Source: Clostridia bacterium (GTDB lineage Bacteria; Bacillota; Clostridia; Christensenellales; Aristaeellaceae). From it: 43,005 nucleotides of DNA. The notes under the pieces are model-generated. The model saw only the letters and a list, made by a program, of their open reading frames with translations. It was not told the origin of the DNA and made no database searches. The position numbers and the translations under genes are program-made. Positions 42,655 through 43,005 of the stretch are shown one piece after another (the first letter of the stretch is position 1; each line of letters opens with the position of its first letter). The stretch lies in contig JAZLHZ010000066.1 in NCBI GenBank assembly GCA_045617085.1, positions 1-43,005 of the forward strand, read 5' to 3'.

Positions 42655-42695
42655 ATTGTAGTTTATCTGGACGTTATCAAACATGAATAAAAGGA

Positions 42696-42743
42696 CCCGG
42701 CCAAAGAGGAAAACAAGTTCCTTTTTAGCCGGGTTTCTTTTTT
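42696..42743 (+). terminator. rho-independent terminator (may serve both convergent genes)
   Basis: 16-nt arms cccggccaaagaggaa / ttcctttttagccggg (14/16 paired), loop aacaag, followed by tttcttttttg. Confidence 0.65.
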
Positions 42744-42748
42744 GTGGT

Positions 42749-43005
42749 TCAGTCTCTGTTTTTCATCAGCTCGTACATCATGATGCCTGCGGCGACGCTG
42801 GCGTTGAGGGATTCGGCGCCGCCCCGCATCGGGAGCTTGAGCTGCAGGTTTGCGGCGTTCATGCACTCCTCGCTGACGCCTCTGGCCTCGTTGCCGATGA
42901 TGAGGGCGAACTTCTCTATATCCAGCTTTGCGTCATAGAAGGGCTCGCCGTGCAGGGACGAGGCGATGACCGTATAGCCCTTTTCCCGAAGCTCCGTGAG
43001 CAACT
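42749..43005 (-). CDS. TrmH/SpoU-family RNA 2'-O-methyltransferase, C-terminal part (5' end beyond the window)
   Basis: C-terminal SPOUT knot motifs LIIGNEARGVS and LKLPMRGGAESLNASVAAGIMMYE. The reading frame is open to the window end. Confidence 0.8.
   Translation of the reverse strand, partial: LLTELREKGYTVIASSLHGEPFYDAKLDIEKFALIIGNEARGVSEECMNAANLQLKLPMRGGAESLNASVAAGIMMYELMKNRD

Overview
Gene-dense chromosomal segment from a high-GC Firmicute; hand-counted 60-nt lines give about 58% GC. The protein set (SpoIID, PrsA-type lipoprotein, SEDS/bPBP pair, MrfA-type helicase, LplABC-type sugar transporter) suggests Clostridia/Oscillospiraceae, perhaps Faecalibacterium-like, but this is inference only. 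Left to right: (1) a rhamnoside/pectin-type glycan locus with a minus-strand sugar ABC transporter (binding protein cut by the window edge), divergent from a membrane-anchored AraC regulator, a GH78 rhamnosidase and a beta-helix hydrolase. (2) A minus-strand PfkB sugar kinase - gnd - secreted hypothetical operon. It is divergent from a 79-aa basic ORF across a 129-bp region that carries four tandem GAACA-N2-TGTTC (LexA/Cheo-like) boxes over both promoters. (3) A membrane-anchored 5'-nucleotidase, galM and a PrsA-like foldase. (4) A 12-kb, ten-gene, tightly packed operon: three HlyD-type adaptors, one 933-aa double-FtsX permease, an embedded GH29-like protein, two different ABC ATPases (one with an AbrB/SpoVT-like tail), a degenerate FHA membrane protein, FtsW/RodA and a class B PBP. 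(5) A MoxR - DUF58 - DUF4129-like - uvrC - capA operon. (6) A SpoIID-like - GH36 - MrfA-like helicase operon. (7) A 1.3-kb low-GC islet (about 30-35% GC on sampled lines) with an Imm53-like orphan immunity gene and a polytopic membrane protein. (8) The 3' end of a TrmH/SpoU methyltransferase gene. Three operon boundaries carry copies of a modular GC-rich palindromic repeat family (BOX/BIME-like). I recognised no rRNA, tRNA, CRISPR array, transposase or integrase. Most very long ORFs in the track are antisense shadows of real genes. The best candidates for something new are the ten-gene ABC/cell-wall operon, the four-box putative SOS operator with its small basic ORF, the mosaic repeat family and the low-GC immunity islet. 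All family assignments come from reading motifs by eye, with no database search.
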